Part shown: positions 61,628 through 64,000 of the stretch, piece by piece | How positions within the stretch are numbered: the first letter of the stretch is position 1 | Layout: every line of letters starts with the position of its first letter | NCBI GenBank assembly: GCA_002633005.1 | Contig: NMRA01000069.1 | Location: 363,740 to 427,739 of the forward strand | Direction: 5' to 3' | From: Phoronis australis | Lineage: Eukaryota; Animalia; Phoronida | DNA: 64,000 nt | Notes under the pieces: model-generated | What the model was told of the DNA's origin: nothing | Database searches by the model: none | What the model saw: only the letters and a program-made list of their open reading frames with translations | Made by a program: the position numbers and the translations under genes

Positions 61628-64000
61628 TTCAAAGAGATGTAGTTTGTTGTCAGCTTTCTTGAATAATTTTGTGTTGTTAGCTGTAACAGTCTGTGTCACT
61701 CCGCTACTCTAGTCGTATGTCTCTGAATTAAAGAATTCTTGACACACAAACAACCATTATTCAACTAAAAGTCGAAATTTGTCCCGAGTTTGATAAAAAA
61801 CAGCTTGTTTGCTGCAGATGCTAAAAATTTTGCCAATTTTTTTGGTTTTAATTTTTTTTGTGGAGAAATTGCATTGTTGTAGAAAGCTTTTGTAATTAGA
61901 AAACGGTAATAGTTGGCAAAGATTCTAGAAGTGAATTAAAGGACTCTGCATCTAGCTTAAGGTTATCTTGGACCCTAGAAAAATTCTGTATTTCGCCAAC
62001 TTTGGAACATAATATCTCACAAATGGTTGTTGCAAATCATGTAAAACTTTTAGATGGCATTTCACCACAGAAGCAGGTTTGAAAAGTACGACTTAATTCA
62101 CAGTTAATGGTCTCCTTGTATCGTAGTTTGAAAAATTTTGCAAACTTTCTATCAAAAAGTATGTCAGTCAGAGATGAAGTAAAGACTTGTCTGAACCCAG
62201 TGTGAACCTGTTGACTATTGTTGAAATGTGGTTGTGGGTCGGAGGCCTGGTATATCACAATAAAGTGTATTCTTCTAGTTCTTCCATCATAATAGTTGTC
62301 GTGTAACTTTCTGGTAAGGGTTGACAGAAAAACTTTTACAATTCAAGAATATTGACCGCGACAGTCAAGGTCTTTTTTGATTGTGTGGGTAGGTTCGACT
62401 GGAATTTGTGCTTTGCTCCTCTGCAAATTAGTTAGATTAGTAATACTTTTAACACAATGTGAAGAACCATGTTAACGTGGAAACTGTTTCTATGGTAATG
62501 TAGATTCAGCATAATTTGAGCTGTTTCAAGCTGATACCTGGAAATCTTGTGGTAGTTCTTGGACTGGAAAAGCTTTCTTGCCAGAATGTTTATCTCCTGG
62601 GAAGCCAATATTGCATAATGTTGGCACAAGTCAACACTTCAATGATGTCAGAAAAGCCATAAGTCTCCAGGCTGTGATTACTAGGAGGTGGGGTTTCTTA
62701 GGTAACTGGTGGCTAATTTTAAATTGGAAATTGTTGCCATTTGGAAGTCTAGAACTCCAGTAATGCCTTTGGCTGTACCAGATATGCCTCCTAGGTTAGC
62801 TGAACTACACGTTACTCACCAGAAGCATGTTGGTTTTTTGATAGAGCTGGGTGTGAGGACCCGGTCGTGTGTCCATATTTTTGCCTCTGGCAAGTGCTGT
62901 TGGGCTTCTTAGGTCAAAAGATCATTGGAGTGTTAAGAAAGATAAGAAAACAATGACGTTGGGTGGAGCGATGCTCAGCTGCGATAGTGGCCTCCCAGTT
63001 TCTATCTACAATATTTTGTACGAAAGCTGTCGGCCAGTTGTCGTGAAACACGGTCTTGAAATCCTTTAAGAAAATAGAGGAAAGTTCGCATGTAGTAATC
63101 TTGATTTTCTCAGTTTTTATTAAGACTCTTGAGCCTCATGCTAGGTCAATATATTTGCTTTACAACTCCCTGGTCCTTTTAAACTAATGCTCTGTAATTT
63201 GGGACAAAAGCATTGGCTAACACTGCCATGTTTACATTGTCAAAAGTTTCCAGCTCTGTTTGTGATATCTAAATGACAGAAATCATCTTGACAATGAAGT
63301 AACACTTTCTTGACAATTATTTTTGTTGAGAAAAGATAACAAATTTCCCTTTGGTACAAAGTCATGCATTAATAATCTTTATGCCATATAGTTAATGTTA
63401 TTTTTGTATAGTCATAGCTAATACAAGTAGTACCGTAAGTGTCAGGGATTGCTTACCTCTTTAAAATCAGATTTCCTACTTGTATTTCAACACATACACA
63501 CAGAGTTCTGGTGAACCTCAAACCATCATGGGAGTTGGTGTTGGTGTTTTTTTCCTCATTTGGCTCCGTAGTACAACCAGCTTGTGTGTACTGATCTAGG
63601 ACTGGACATGTATGATGCAGTAATGTAGCTCTTATGAAAGGCCCTCTACAATTTAGGACACCATATGGCCGGCAAGTGAACTTTTATTTCATCACCATAT
63701 TAGATGCTGTTCCACTTTCAAGTTTTGTTACTACTACCATCAAACAGTTTAAAAAGTTTGTGAATCGCAGTTACGGATACGTTTAAAGTCCCCGAAATAT
63801 TGCAAATTTTGGCAATAATTTTTGTTCAAAACTAGTGACATTCTACTGTAGTTAATCCTGTCATTATTATTATTATAGCTCACTGTAGGTTATAGCATCT
63901 GGAGCCTGAAAGGGCTTTCCATAGAGGGCATCAATCCCTCTGGGATGGAAATTTAACGGTCTGGGATAAGGGAGAAGGTGTTAATTTTATTTAGGTGGAA

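Overview
This is intron- and repeat-rich, AT-rich eukaryotic DNA from a draft assembly, most likely an invertebrate animal. It has one 70-N gap and single-N joins. Almost all ORFs in the six-frame track are spurious. Two real genes can be read by following splice signals. (1) On the minus strand, a spliced gene (exons 15111-15022 and 14286-13667) encodes an acidic N-terminus plus a TIR domain that resembles the TICAM (TRIF/TRAM) adaptor type. A paralogous first coding exon at 4019-3777 carries an in-frame 13-aa repeat expansion. Three further collinear blocks, ending in a CRE at identical spacing, indicate an old tandem duplication of this gene with its upstream region. (2) On the plus strand, head-to-head with it, are the first two coding exons of a furin-like proprotein convertase (27604-27768 and 59911-60009), separated by a 32-kb intron. 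The rest is MITEs with several TSD types, LINE remnants, a THAP relic, minisatellites and two probable haplotype-duplication assembly artefacts. There is no CRISPR array, rRNA or intact tRNA. All family assignments come from recalled motifs and alignment by eye, not from database searches.
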